Shown: positions 48,301-56,680 of the stretch, in pieces
How positions within the stretch are numbered: position 1 is the stretch's first letter
Layout of the letters: each line of letters begins with the position of its first letter
Assembly (NCBI GenBank): GCA_034439715.1
Contig: JAWXAY010000100.1
Location: 32,001-96,000, forward strand
Length of the DNA stretch: 64,000 nt
Origin: Pseudomonadota bacterium
GTDB lineage: Bacteria > Bdellovibrionota > Bdellovibrionia > Bdellovibrionales > SG-bin7
Direction: 5' to 3'
Notes under the pieces: generated by a model
The model's database searches: none
What the model was told of the DNA's origin: nothing
The model's input: the letters and a program-made list of their open reading frames with translations, nothing else
Translations under genes and position numbers: made by a program

Positions 48301-49848
48301 AAAATGTTCCCCGCTTTTGCGGCGGGCGTCCTAGGTACTGCCACTGACATGTCGCGATTTTTAGGGTGCCTCACTGGCGCCTATAAATCGTTAGACGGCG
48401 CGGGCCCCATTTCTCATAATACTGCGATAGAGATGTTACACGGTGCAGACGTTGGAAGTTTTAAGTTCATAGGAGCAAAAATGGGGCTCGGTGTTTTTAT
48501 AGCCGAAGCTGGCCCTAATCGCCTCATGTTACATCAGGGCGCGAATGATGGGTTCCGATCGGTTTTTGTTCACTGCTTTGATGGCCCCGATAGCGGCACT
48601 GGGTTTGTGGTGCTGTGCACTGGTGATTTTAATGGGGTCTTGTTTATTTCTGAAGTAGCGCAATTAATATTTAAGGAACTTAACCTAAAAGGTGTCGACA
48701 CAAATAAATTTCTGAATAAATTTGAACTCTTAAATATCCCGCCTGAGGAAGTAGTCAATCGAGCCTATAAAAATTTACTGTTTGATGCCTTTGAGCCAGA
48801 TTTGCCGGAAGTGATCAAACAAAAGGGCCCGCTTGACCCCCTCGCTTCAAAAAATCTCGCCGTAGGCGGTAAAATCGTAGAGACCAGCAATCAAGGCTTT
48901 GCCCGAGCTGAAAATCTTTTATCTCCGCACTTGCCGACATTTGATTCTGAGCTTTATGGCCGTCAAGGAAAAATAATGGATAGCTGGGAATCTGTACGTC
49001 ATAACCCTAATTCAAACGACTATCTCATTTTTGAGTTAAAAAAACCGTCAACAATTTCTCAGGTTTCTCTATCCACAAAATATCACCTCGGGAATCACGC
49101 TGAGGCAGTGGAAATCGAAGGTCTCGACAGTCAAGGGCAGTGGCAGAGAATTATCGCGAAAACTGAGTTAAATGGACATGCCATTAAATTTCTCCTATCG
49201 CTGGCTAATAAATCGATTTTTACGACTATTAAAGTTTCGATGTTTCCTGACGGAGGATTAACCCGATTGGGTCTCTACAAAGATGAGCTCCCGGAACAGC
49301 CAAAAAACCAGATTTTTAGTGAAGGCATTCCTCACACTAATAAGCCGCTCACACCTCAGTTTAAGGGAGCACCACGTTTTTCGTCTGGCATCGAAATAGA
49401 TATTGCCAGCCAGGCTTACGGCGGAAAAATAATTAGTGTGTCGAATCAGCATTATGGTCCGGCTTCTCAAATTATTTCACCCTATCCGCCAATCAACATG
49501 TTCGATGGTTTTGAATCTGCGCGCAGTCGAGAAGCAGATCATTTCGAAGATGTGATTATTGAACTGGGTCGACCCGCAAAAATTAGCCGTATCGAAATAG
49601 ATTTTACCTACTTTAAAAACAATAACCCTCGCGAATTAAGCATAGAGGGATTATCTAAAAATGGCTGGGTTGTTTTAGTGACAAAAACAAACGTCAAAGC
49701 GTATGCCGGTAATGTGGTAGAGTTTAAGCCAAAAAATACAGAGGAGATCAAACAAGTGAAAGTCGTGGTTTTTCCAGATGGCGGAATAAATCGGGTCAAA
49801 GTTTTTACGAGACCAGAGAAGAGACCTGAGAAGGGACCAGCAACATGA
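45307..49848 (+). CDS. Multidomain purine-catabolism protein: malate synthase + OHCU decarboxylase + beta-lactamase-fold serine hydrolase + allantoicase
   Basis: aa ~1-640 ADDED/FYVPKLE/WHDY/WVAHP/MDDLATAE; aa ~670-808 HGDIG/EQA/Y.QKFG..FLI/I...RL; aa ~817-1125 ASLSK/YSGGG/HQG; aa ~1183-1500 two allantoicase repeats (MDSWES.R..FPDGG, DGFESAR..FPDGG). Confidence 0.88.
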   Translation: MTDALLNYLKRESRPVVGVSELMEVGKGGGLENKESLKFLCELYDQLKENLNQVLNQRKTDRHFIDQRTRACYELNKNLGIDFISPQYETIIGHEDANGRIVIGPKNDFYAKSGGGKPIAQLPDFLQGHHVTLFGPPDDAKLSINAMNAFYRKTKDEPEIVSELLSTHLSNPKWGADDEDSKTPLRADLVAAGENLTRCFAGDLEYTDPKTQKKYALEKGRLALPIKRFPGLALPCTFLLYRDNPLPLHLYDFALHLFENWHNEQALSFYVPKLENEEEARYIYLMCDTAEAMIQKLHPEYKKGAIRLFVVLENPRAIFRVNEIMDALYPYFAGASLGWHDYLSSAARLFKNDANYRIPVKADPDIVIKYIKASHDLLAQVVGSRGGVKIGGMYGVLPMDSDLFSPSYQIAIKGFIKDVVTELKRNLSGFWVAHPDFIRCALAIVESWKFYQSGDKSKLDTLVTCLLDKKYHKEIREFIHARDLAGLDVNDPLYARSLIVADIKESTFIANNHPDEIRYNVFQSLQYLTDWLSGNGCVALPAEIEGVPVRVMDDLATAERSRWEVWHELHHGRFNLEEFLKIAHEEMIFIRKDLSNSKKIVQVKWNERTEKWYPVAMRLMIELMTSPAPVEFATELLMSFTVDSIRQEADPLLALSKIDPGKLALNSYIERFNYYFLICGNLVFAKTMAQNISVDLALAEKLINNFTLDEVKAAAYFHGDIGENKKTLDEMASNEQALVLNEDNKIKSELADLGFKYLQKFGVKFLISAKNKSGKEIVSALRTRLENTASQELINAKSALWEISLKRLKTQAEQSLHQQIERLRAMHNIGDAAVSVSLPGGSGQLLCFGGATEQTWFQYASLSKTLSSCFAVEYFHNKNISLDTPVDSLLEKTESAFRIKSAEVTLRHLMNHTALNMHYVNGVPTAEKMPNVRELLDPIVVTNVPGTRFQYSGGGFLVLQHLIEALEGKTIVEITKTFFDKLDLKNLSFAPVPAPNMEKMFPAFAAGVLGTATDMSRFLGCLTGAYKSLDGAGPISHNTAIEMLHGADVGSFKFIGAKMGLGVFIAEAGPNRLMLHQGANDGFRSVFVHCFDGPDSGTGFVVLCTGDFNGVLFISEVAQLIFKELNLKGVDTNKFLNKFELLNIPPEEVVNRAYKNLLFDAFEPDLPEVIKQKGPLDPLASKNLAVGGKIVETSNQGFARAENLLSPHLPTFDSELYGRQGKIMDSWESVRHNPNSNDYLIFELKKPSTISQVSLSTKYHLGNHAEAVEIEGLDSQGQWQRIIAKTELNGHAIKFLLSLANKSIFTTIKVSMFPDGGLTRLGLYKDELPEQPKNQIFSEGIPHTNKPLTPQFKGAPRFSSGIEIDIASQAYGGKIISVSNQHYGPASQIISPYPPINMFDGFESARSREADHFEDVIIELGRPAKISRIEIDFTYFKNNNPRELSIEGLSKNGWVVLVTKTNVKAYAGNVVEFKPKNTEEIKQVKVVVFPDGGINRVKVFTRPEKRPEKGPAT

Positions 49849-50627
49849 AAAAGTTACGGAGGTGGGTGATTAAGGCAGGTAGTAAAATGGTGTGCGATGG
49901 TGGTCCTCTCCTTTTACTGAGTTGGATGCGGCAAGTTGATGAGTTAAGACGCAAACATAAAATCGAAGTTATTTGGGTGACTTCAGGAGCCATTTCCTGG
50001 GCTGTGAATCGCACCAAGTTTAAAAAACTGAATCGTAAACTTCAGCAAAAGCAGGCACTAAGTGCCATTGGGCAACCGTTGGTAATGGAACAGTATAATC
50101 TGGCCCTTCATAAATTAAACCTATTGGGCTCTCAGGTTTTGTTAACAGCGGGAGACATGCGAGATCGCACTCGGCGGAGAAATTTACAAAATACGCTCAA
50201 TGAAATCTTACGCTGGAAGGTCACTCCAATACTCAATGAAAATGATGCTGTTGCCACCGAAGAAATCCAGTTTGGTGACAATGATTCATTGGCCTCGCAA
50301 GTAGCCATCATGATGAAAGCCGAACGTTTGGTATTGATGACGGATGTAGACGGTCTTTTCGATGATGATCCCAAAAAGAATAAGAGAGCTAAGTTGATCA
50401 ATTATCGGCGCCGAATTAGTAAAGTAGACCTTCGCTTAGCTCGCAAAAAATCTAAATCTCTGCAAGGCACGGGCGGAATGTTTTCAAAACTTTTGGCTGT
50501 CCGTAGAGCGAGTCGCTCAGGTGTCGTCTGCCATTTGGTGCGTGGTGACTCTCCTAAAAATCTGTTAGAGATTGCCTCTGACCGGTCGGTCGGCACTCAA
50601 ATAGGTGGACTCTATGAAAACAAATAG
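49845..50627 (+). CDS. proB: Glutamate 5-kinase (no PUA domain)
   Basis: VIKAGS, VTSGA, AIGQ, NEND, FGDND.LA, GTGGM.SK. Confidence 0.95.
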   Translation: MKKLRRWVIKAGSKMVCDGGPLLLLSWMRQVDELRRKHKIEVIWVTSGAISWAVNRTKFKKLNRKLQQKQALSAIGQPLVMEQYNLALHKLNLLGSQVLLTAGDMRDRTRRRNLQNTLNEILRWKVTPILNENDAVATEEIQFGDNDSLASQVAIMMKAERLVLMTDVDGLFDDDPKKNKRAKLINYRRRISKVDLRLARKKSKSLQGTGGMFSKLLAVRRASRSGVVCHLVRGDSPKNLLEIASDRSVGTQIGGLYENK

Positions 50628-51873
50628 CGAAATGGAGCAGGCGCTCGTGTCTCTCCGCCAAGGAAACCGTCAGCTGCGAGGATTAAGTGCTGCGCGAAAA
50701 AACAAAACGTTAATAAAACTAGCAGAGATTATAGAAAGCGAAGCTCCGACAATTTTGAGCGCAAATCTCATTGATCTAAAACAGCTACCCAAAGACACAA
50801 CAGCCGCATTTCGTGACCGACTTGCGCTAGATCAAGACCGTGTGTTGGCTATGGTGCAAAGTCTGAGGGAAGTGGCAAACCTCACTGATCCCGTCGGTGA
50901 AGTCATCGATGAAAAAACTCTTTCTAATAATTTAAGACTGAAGCGGGTGCGTTCTCCTTTGGGTCTTATCTTTATGATTTTTGAGTCCCGACCAAACGTG
51001 ATTCTTGAGGCCTTTTCGCTCGCATTTAAATCCGGGAATTCAATAATACTTCGCGGCGGGTCAGACTCAGGCGCCACGAGCAAAGTAATTTATGGGTTAA
51101 TGGCTAATGCCCTTTCAGAAAGTGGCGTGGAGTTTTCGGTATTCTATGGCTTGCAAGATTATGACCGAGGCATCGTCGAGAATTTGCTAAAAAGAAAAAA
51201 TCTTATCGATGTCGTTGTTCCGAGAGGTGGAGAAAAATTAATAGATTTTGTGCAGAGTCATGCTCTTATGCCAATTATTAAAAATGATCGTGGTCTATGC
51301 CATACCTATGTAGACGAAGACGCCGATCTCGAAATGGCGGTGCGAATTGTAGCAAATGCAAAAACTCAGAGGCCCGGTGTGTGTAACGCTCTAGAGACAG
51401 TTCTCGTTCACCAAAATTGCGCTAAGGATTTTATTCCTAAGCTTTACCAGGCAACCGAATCCGTAAAATTAACCTGGCGAGTGGACCAGGCGAGCCTAAG
51501 TATTTTAAAAAATGAATCACGTGTACAGTTGGCTTCGCCAGCGGATTGGGATACAGAGTATCTTGATCTTATCATGAATTGTCGTATTGTTTCTAATTTG
51601 GATAGCGCCATTGAGCATATTGAGCGACACGGCTCAAAACACTCCGAAGCCATTGTGACAAGTTCTGAAAAAAAAGCTCGGAATTTTCAAAATGAGGTCG
51701 ATGCGGCGGCCGTTTATTGGAATGCTTCGACTCGATTTACAGATGGTTTTGAGTTTGGTTTGGGGGGCGAGCTTGGTATTAGCACTCAAAAAATTCACGT
51801 GCGGGGACCGGTTGGACTTCGCGAATTAACTACTCCCCGCTGGATTATCGATGGCGACGGGCAAGTTCGGTAA
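50605..51873 (+). CDS. proA: Gamma-glutamyl phosphate reductase
   Basis: FESRPNV, PRGG, VCNALET, NASTRFTDG, GISTQK.HVRGP.GL; start may be ATG 50614. Confidence 0.96.
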   Translation: MDSMKTNSEMEQALVSLRQGNRQLRGLSAARKNKTLIKLAEIIESEAPTILSANLIDLKQLPKDTTAAFRDRLALDQDRVLAMVQSLREVANLTDPVGEVIDEKTLSNNLRLKRVRSPLGLIFMIFESRPNVILEAFSLAFKSGNSIILRGGSDSGATSKVIYGLMANALSESGVEFSVFYGLQDYDRGIVENLLKRKNLIDVVVPRGGEKLIDFVQSHALMPIIKNDRGLCHTYVDEDADLEMAVRIVANAKTQRPGVCNALETVLVHQNCAKDFIPKLYQATESVKLTWRVDQASLSILKNESRVQLASPADWDTEYLDLIMNCRIVSNLDSAIEHIERHGSKHSEAIVTSSEKKARNFQNEVDAAAVYWNASTRFTDGFEFGLGGELGISTQKIHVRGPVGLRELTTPRWIIDGDGQVR

Positions 51874-51876
51874 AGA

Positions 51877-52371
51877 CTAACTAGATTGATCCTTTTTTTG
51901 TTCAACAGCTTTAGCAGCAGGAGCTCCCGGATTGGCGCCTTTGGCATCCTTAGCGCCTTTATCTTTTGGGGGGCCTCGTCTGTCTCCGCCACCACCGCCA
52001 CGTCCACCACCACCACCGCGACCACCTTGACCTCCGCCGCGTCCACCTTTACCTTTGGGTGAGGGTGGTTTGATAAAAGGTACAACAAGCGATTCGGGCA
52101 TATAATAATGTTCTTCTACTTTAGCGGCTTTAGCTGGAACGCTTTCACCCTCTGCAAAAGTAACAACTAACACGCGCTTGAGATTTTCGAGATTTTTTTC
52201 GGCAACATCAATGGCGTTAATAAAATGCTTTAGTTTGTCGCCTTCGAATTTAAAAGTAGCGCCTAGGCCCGTTTGGATTTCTTCGGGCGTTTTGCCTTCA
52301 GCAGTAAGGGCCGTTTTAGAAGTAAGGGCTTGTTTTAGTGTGAAACTCGCAAATTCAGTTACTGATTTCAT
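51877..52371 (-). CDS. Hypothetical protein with RGG/Gly-rich low-complexity C-terminus
   Basis: SD GAGAGG; GKGGRGGGQGGRGGGGGRGGGGGDRRG. Confidence 0.75.
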   Translation of the reverse strand: MKSVTEFASFTLKQALTSKTALTAEGKTPEEIQTGLGATFKFEGDKLKHFINAIDVAEKNLENLKRVLVVTFAEGESVPAKAAKVEEHYYMPESLVVPFIKPPSPKGKGGRGGGQGGRGGGGGRGGGGGDRRGPPKDKGAKDAKGANPGAPAAKAVEQKKDQSS

Positions 52372-52460
52372 GGCATGAATCCTCTCAAAAAATTTAAAGG
52401 CAATACTGGGTATAATATTGATTGCTGTCAAATGAAACAGAAAAAATTATAGGGACTTGC

Positions 52461-52490
52461 TTGAACTTCCTTTGACCTTCTCTTGACCTT
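52461..52490. promoter_or_regulatory. Three TTGA(A/C)CTT direct repeats at 11-bp spacing upstream of copA
   Basis: TTGAACTT at 52461, TTGACCTT at 52472 and 52483, in the divergent intergenic region. Confidence 0.45.
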
Positions 52491-52517
52491 TTAAACAGGT
52501 GCGTGCACTTTGGGCAG

Positions 52518-54770
52518 ATGTTGATAGATCCTGTATGTGGCATGAAAGTAGATCCAGCAACCGCAAAAGGCGGTAGCAGCCAATATGGGGGCAAATCCTA
52601 TTATTTCTGTAATTCAAAATGCCAAGGTAAATTTATTGCTAACCCTGAGAAGTATCTAAATCCCACTTCTTCAAGTTCAGCAACTGTAGATAAGGAAACC
52701 ATTTACACCTGTCCCATGGATCCCCAAATCCGTCAAAAAGGGCCTGGCAATTGTCCTATTTGTGGCATGGCACTCGAGCCCGAAGAAGTTAGCCTCGAGG
52801 AAGTAGTTAATCCAGAACTCAAAGACATCACATTACGCTTAAAAATTTCTGTGGCACTGAGTCTTCCATTAATGGTTTTAGCCATGGGGCACCTCAGCGC
52901 CAAAATCCAATTTATTATGGCAACGCCTGTAGTGCTTTGGGGTGGCTTGCCATTTTTTATGCGTGGCTGGATGTCGCTAAAAAGCCGAAATCTAAATATG
53001 TTCACTCTCATAGGCATCGGAACAGGCGTAGCCTATATTTATAGTGTTATTGCCACTTTCTTTCCTGATTTATTTCCTAGGGAATTGCGAGTTCATGGTG
53101 GCGAACCTGCAGTCTATTTTGAGGCTGCGGCAATTATCGTGACTCTCGTTCTTTTGGGTCAGGTTCTGGAACTTAAAGCTCGTAATCAAACCGGTCAGGC
53201 ATTAAGGGCCTTATTGGGACTTTCTCCCAAAACCGCTCGCAAAATTGAAGCTGATGGGTCCGAAGTAGATACTCCTATTAGTCAAATTCAGGTCAGCGAT
53301 AACCTTCGTGTTCGGCCCGGAGAGAAAATACCCACTGACGGCAAAATAATTGAAGGAAAAAGTACGGTTGATGAAAGCATGATTACCGGCGAGCCCATGC
53401 CGGTTGAAAAGCTTTTGGATAGTGCCGTAACCGGCGCCACGGTAAATGGTTCCGGCAGCTTTATTATGCAGGCAACGCGGGTGGGTTCAAATACGTTACT
53501 CGCGCAAATTGTAAAGTTGGTATCTCAAGCGCAAAGAAGTCGTGCCCCTATTCAAAAACTTGTAGATATGGTCTCAAGTTTTTTTGTGCCAGTGGTTATT
53601 GGAATAGCGCTTATATCCTCAGTTGTCTGGTTTTTCTTTGGACCCTCGCCTTCGATATCCTATGCCGTGGTTTGTGCCGTAACTGTACTTATAATTGCCT
53701 GTCCGTGCGCACTAGGATTGGCTACCCCCATGTCGATTATGGTGGGAATTGGAAAAGGCGCGTCTTACGGCGTACTCATAAAAAATGCGGAATCATTAGA
53801 AGTGATGGAAAAAATCACCACTCTCGTAATCGATAAGACGGGAACTTTAACAGAAGGCAAGCCCAAGCTTTCTGAAGTAAAAGCTCTGAGTGAATTTGAA
53901 AGTGATTATCTTTTAAAACTCGTGGCTTCACTTGAAAAGGCCAGCGAGCACCCACTGGCTGACGCTATAATTCAAGGAGCAAAAGAGCGAAATTTAAAAA
54001 ATGTTTTAGTACAAAAATTTGATTCCATCGCGGGCATGGGTGTCAGAGGTGAACTCGAAAATAAAACAGTATTAGTAGGCAATAAAAAATTGTTAGAAAA
54101 ATTTAATGTGGTTACTGATCAGCTTTCGCCAATGGCTGAGGAGCTTCAAAAGCAAGGCCACGGTGTAATGCTCGTTGCGATTGACGGCCGCCCGGCAGGA
54201 GTGATTGCCGTTCGCGATCCGATTAAAAAGACAGCTCGTGAGGCCATTACTTATTTTCATGAGCGAGGAATCGAAGTCATGATGGTGACGGGCGACAATC
54301 AGCACACAGCCCAGGTTGTAGCAGTTGAGCTCAAGATTGATAGCGTGATGGCAGAAGTATTGCCGGAGCAAAAATTTGACATTATCAAAAAACTTCAGGC
54401 ACAAAGAAAAATTGTAGCTATGGCGGGCGATGGCATCAACGATGCGCCGGCGCTAGCTCTTGCCAATATTGGCATCGCCATGGGAACTGGCACTGACGTT
54501 GCGATGGAAAGCGCTGGCGTAACTTTGGTAAAAGGGGATCTCATGGGGATCGTGCGCGCGCATAGGCTTTCGCAGCAAACAATGAAAAATATTCGACAGA
54601 ATCTTTTCTTTGCATTTTTTTACAATGCGCTGGGTGTGCCTGTTGCAGCGGGTGTACTTTATCCCTTTTTTGGAATTCTTTTAAGCCCCATGCTAGCTAG
54701 CCTTGCCATGAGCCTCAGTTCGGTTTCGGTCATTGTTAATGCTTTGCGCTTGAGGGGTTTGCGACTTTAA
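52518..54770 (+). CDS. copA: Cu(I)/Ag(I)-translocating P1B-type ATPase with YHS and heavy-metal-binding domains
   Basis: DPVCGM (YHS), [46 protein letters not shown]. Confidence 0.93.
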   Translation: MLIDPVCGMKVDPATAKGGSSQYGGKSYYFCNSKCQGKFIANPEKYLNPTSSSSATVDKETIYTCPMDPQIRQKGPGNCPICGMALEPEEVSLEEVVNPELKDITLRLKISVALSLPLMVLAMGHLSAKIQFIMATPVVLWGGLPFFMRGWMSLKSRNLNMFTLIGIGTGVAYIYSVIATFFPDLFPRELRVHGGEPAVYFEAAAIIVTLVLLGQVLELKARNQTGQALRALLGLSPKTARKIEADGSEVDTPISQIQVSDNLRVRPGEKIPTDGKIIEGKSTVDESMITGEPMPVEKLLDSAVTGATVNGSGSFIMQATRVGSNTLLAQIVKLVSQAQRSRAPIQKLVDMVSSFFVPVVIGIALISSVVWFFFGPSPSISYAVVCAVTVLIIACPCALGLATPMSIMVGIGKGASYGVLIKNAESLEVMEKITTLVIDKTGTLTEGKPKLSEVKALSEFESDYLLKLVASLEKASEHPLADAIIQGAKERNLKNVLVQKFDSIAGMGVRGELENKTVLVGNKKLLEKFNVVTDQLSPMAEELQKQGHGVMLVAIDGRPAGVIAVRDPIKKTAREAITYFHERGIEVMMVTGDNQHTAQVVAVELKIDSVMAEVLPEQKFDIIKKLQAQRKIVAMAGDGINDAPALALANIGIAMGTGTDVAMESAGVTLVKGDLMGIVRAHRLSQQTMKNIRQNLFFAFFYNALGVPVAAGVLYPFFGILLSPMLASLAMSLSSVSVIVNALRLRGLRL

Positions 54771-54892
54771 CCAAGTTCCAGAATTAGCAAATTTTTCTTA
54801 AAATCTCTTTCGGGCAGTTTTAACTAGTAATTATTTAGGCAATGTACTAACTTGCGCCACAGTCAACCCCACCGACCATATATGGAGTAAAA

Positions 54893-56659
54893 GTGAATAC
54901 TTTCGATGATTTAGGCCTCAGCCCCGAAATATTAAGAGCCGTTCATGAACTTGGATATGAAAAGCCAAGCGCCATTCAAGCCGAGACGTTACCTATTTTA
55001 CTTGGCCCTCCATCAGACTTTATCGGAATCGCTGCCACGGGCACGGGTAAAACCGCTGCATTTGGCATTCCCATGTTAGAAAAAATTGATGCAACAAAAA
55101 AATCTGTGCAGGGGCTCATCATGTGTCCAACGAGAGAGTTGGCATTACAGGTATGTGGTCAAATCAATCTTTTGGGTAAATTTAGAGGTATCAAAGCAAT
55201 TCCAGTTTATGGTGGCGCTAGTTTAATGGACCAAGCCCGTGGACTACGTAATGGGGCGCAAATTGTTGTAGGTACGCCGGGGCGACTTATTGATCACTTG
55301 GAGCGCACAACACTTAAACTTCAAGATGTTCAAATGATCGTGCTTGATGAAGCTGACGAAATGATTTCAATGGGATTCAAAGAAGATCTCGAAACGATTT
55401 TACAAGCCTCTCCGCGCGAAAAATCACAAATCTGGTTATTTTCGGCAACGATGGACCGAGAAGTTTCTCGTGTGGCAGATACCTACTTACGAAATGCTAA
55501 GCAAGTAAAATCCAATCGCAACGAAATGTTATCTACAACCGTCGAGCAGATTTTTTATCCAACACGTGAAGGTGATAAACCTGAAATCCTCGTGAAAATT
55601 ATCGAAATGGCCGAAAAATTTTATGGCCTCATTTTTTGTCAAACAAAGGCCTTGGTTGTCGATCTAACTCACTATTTGAATAGTCGTGGGTACCGTGTCG
55701 ACTGCCTTCACGGTGATAAGACACAAAGTGATCGTGAGCGAACAATGCAATCGTTTCGCGATCGAAAAGTTTCTATACTCATTTGCACTGATGTAGCGTC
55801 GCGTGGTTTAGATGTTAAAGATATTACTCATGTGATCAATTATTCTATTCCGCGAGAGCTTGATGTTTATATTCATCGTATTGGCCGAACCGCACGAGTT
55901 GGTAAAGCCGGGGTCGCCATAAGTCTTGTGACACCCAGTCATCGAAATCTCGTTGGCCGAATAGAAAATATGACGAAAAGTAAAATTAAAGAAGGCAAAA
56001 TTCCGACGCGAAAAGATATTGGCAGTAAAAAAGTAGCTAAAATCTTGCCCGCCTTTCAAGCGCAAACTTTTTTTGCTCGTGCGGTTGAACATTTAGGTGA
56101 TGATTGGAAAGCCGTAATTGGTAGTATGCCCGTTGAAGAAGTGGTTGGCAGATTCTTAACTTTGATGTCTCCTGAAGTTTTCAAAGATCAAGAAAAACTA
56201 AAAATGTTGCAACAATCACCAGGCCGTCCGGAATTAGCGGACAGGTCGGGCTCGGACAAACGCGATCGCAATCGAGACCGAGACCGAGACCGAGACCGAA
56301 ATCGAGACGAGCGCGCGCCTCGCCGCGATGAACATCGCCCGCCTCGCCGCGAATTTAGTGGTCCCCCGCGCCGCGACCGTGATGACCGCGCGCCTCGCCG
56401 CGATGAACATCGCCCACCTCGCCGCGAATTTAGTAGTCCCCCAGCGCGTGATCGTGATGACCGCGCCCCTCGGCGTAGTGATGAAGCTCCGCCGCGGCGA
56501 ATTGCTGGTGCAGGTGTTGGTGGCGAAAGACCCCCGATTCGCAGCCAAAAAAATGACCAAAAAAATTACCAGAGACGCGATGAGCGCTCTGGCGAGCGCC
56601 GCGATAATCAGCATTGGAAAAAGAATAAACCCGCTGGAAGTCATCGCACCGATCGCTAA
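54893..56659 (+). CDS. DEAD-box RNA helicase (DeaD/CshA-like) with Arg/Asp-rich tail
   Basis: ATGTGKT, PTRELA, DEAD, SAT, HRIGRTAR. Confidence 0.95.
   Translation: MNTFDDLGLSPEILRAVHELGYEKPSAIQAETLPILLGPPSDFIGIAATGTGKTAAFGIPMLEKIDATKKSVQGLIMCPTRELALQVCGQINLLGKFRGIKAIPVYGGASLMDQARGLRNGAQIVVGTPGRLIDHLERTTLKLQDVQMIVLDEADEMISMGFKEDLETILQASPREKSQIWLFSATMDREVSRVADTYLRNAKQVKSNRNEMLSTTVEQIFYPTREGDKPEILVKIIEMAEKFYGLIFCQTKALVVDLTHYLNSRGYRVDCLHGDKTQSDRERTMQSFRDRKVSILICTDVASRGLDVKDITHVINYSIPRELDVYIHRIGRTARVGKAGVAISLVTPSHRNLVGRIENMTKSKIKEGKIPTRKDIGSKKVAKILPAFQAQTFFARAVEHLGDDWKAVIGSMPVEEVVGRFLTLMSPEVFKDQEKLKMLQQSPGRPELADRSGSDKRDRNRDRDRDRDRNRDERAPRRDEHRPPRREFSGPPRRDRDDRAPRRDEHRPPRREFSSPPARDRDDRAPRRSDEAPPRRIAGAGVGGERPPIRSQKNDQKNYQRRDERSGERRDNQHWKKNKPAGSHRTDR
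56273..56476 (+). repeat. In-frame repeats in the helicase tail: (CGAGAC)x4 and a 75-bp unit x2 plus a partial third copy
   Basis: Units start at 56312, 56387 and 56462; encode RAPRRDEHRPPRREFS.PP.RDRDD. Confidence 0.9.
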
Positions 56660-56680
56660 TTTGTGATCTAATATTCTCAA

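Noticed and set aside
47755..48680. Antibiotic-resistance beta-lactamase
   Set aside because: It is an internal domain of an apparently cytoplasmic metabolic fusion with no signal peptide; the fold alone does not imply resistance
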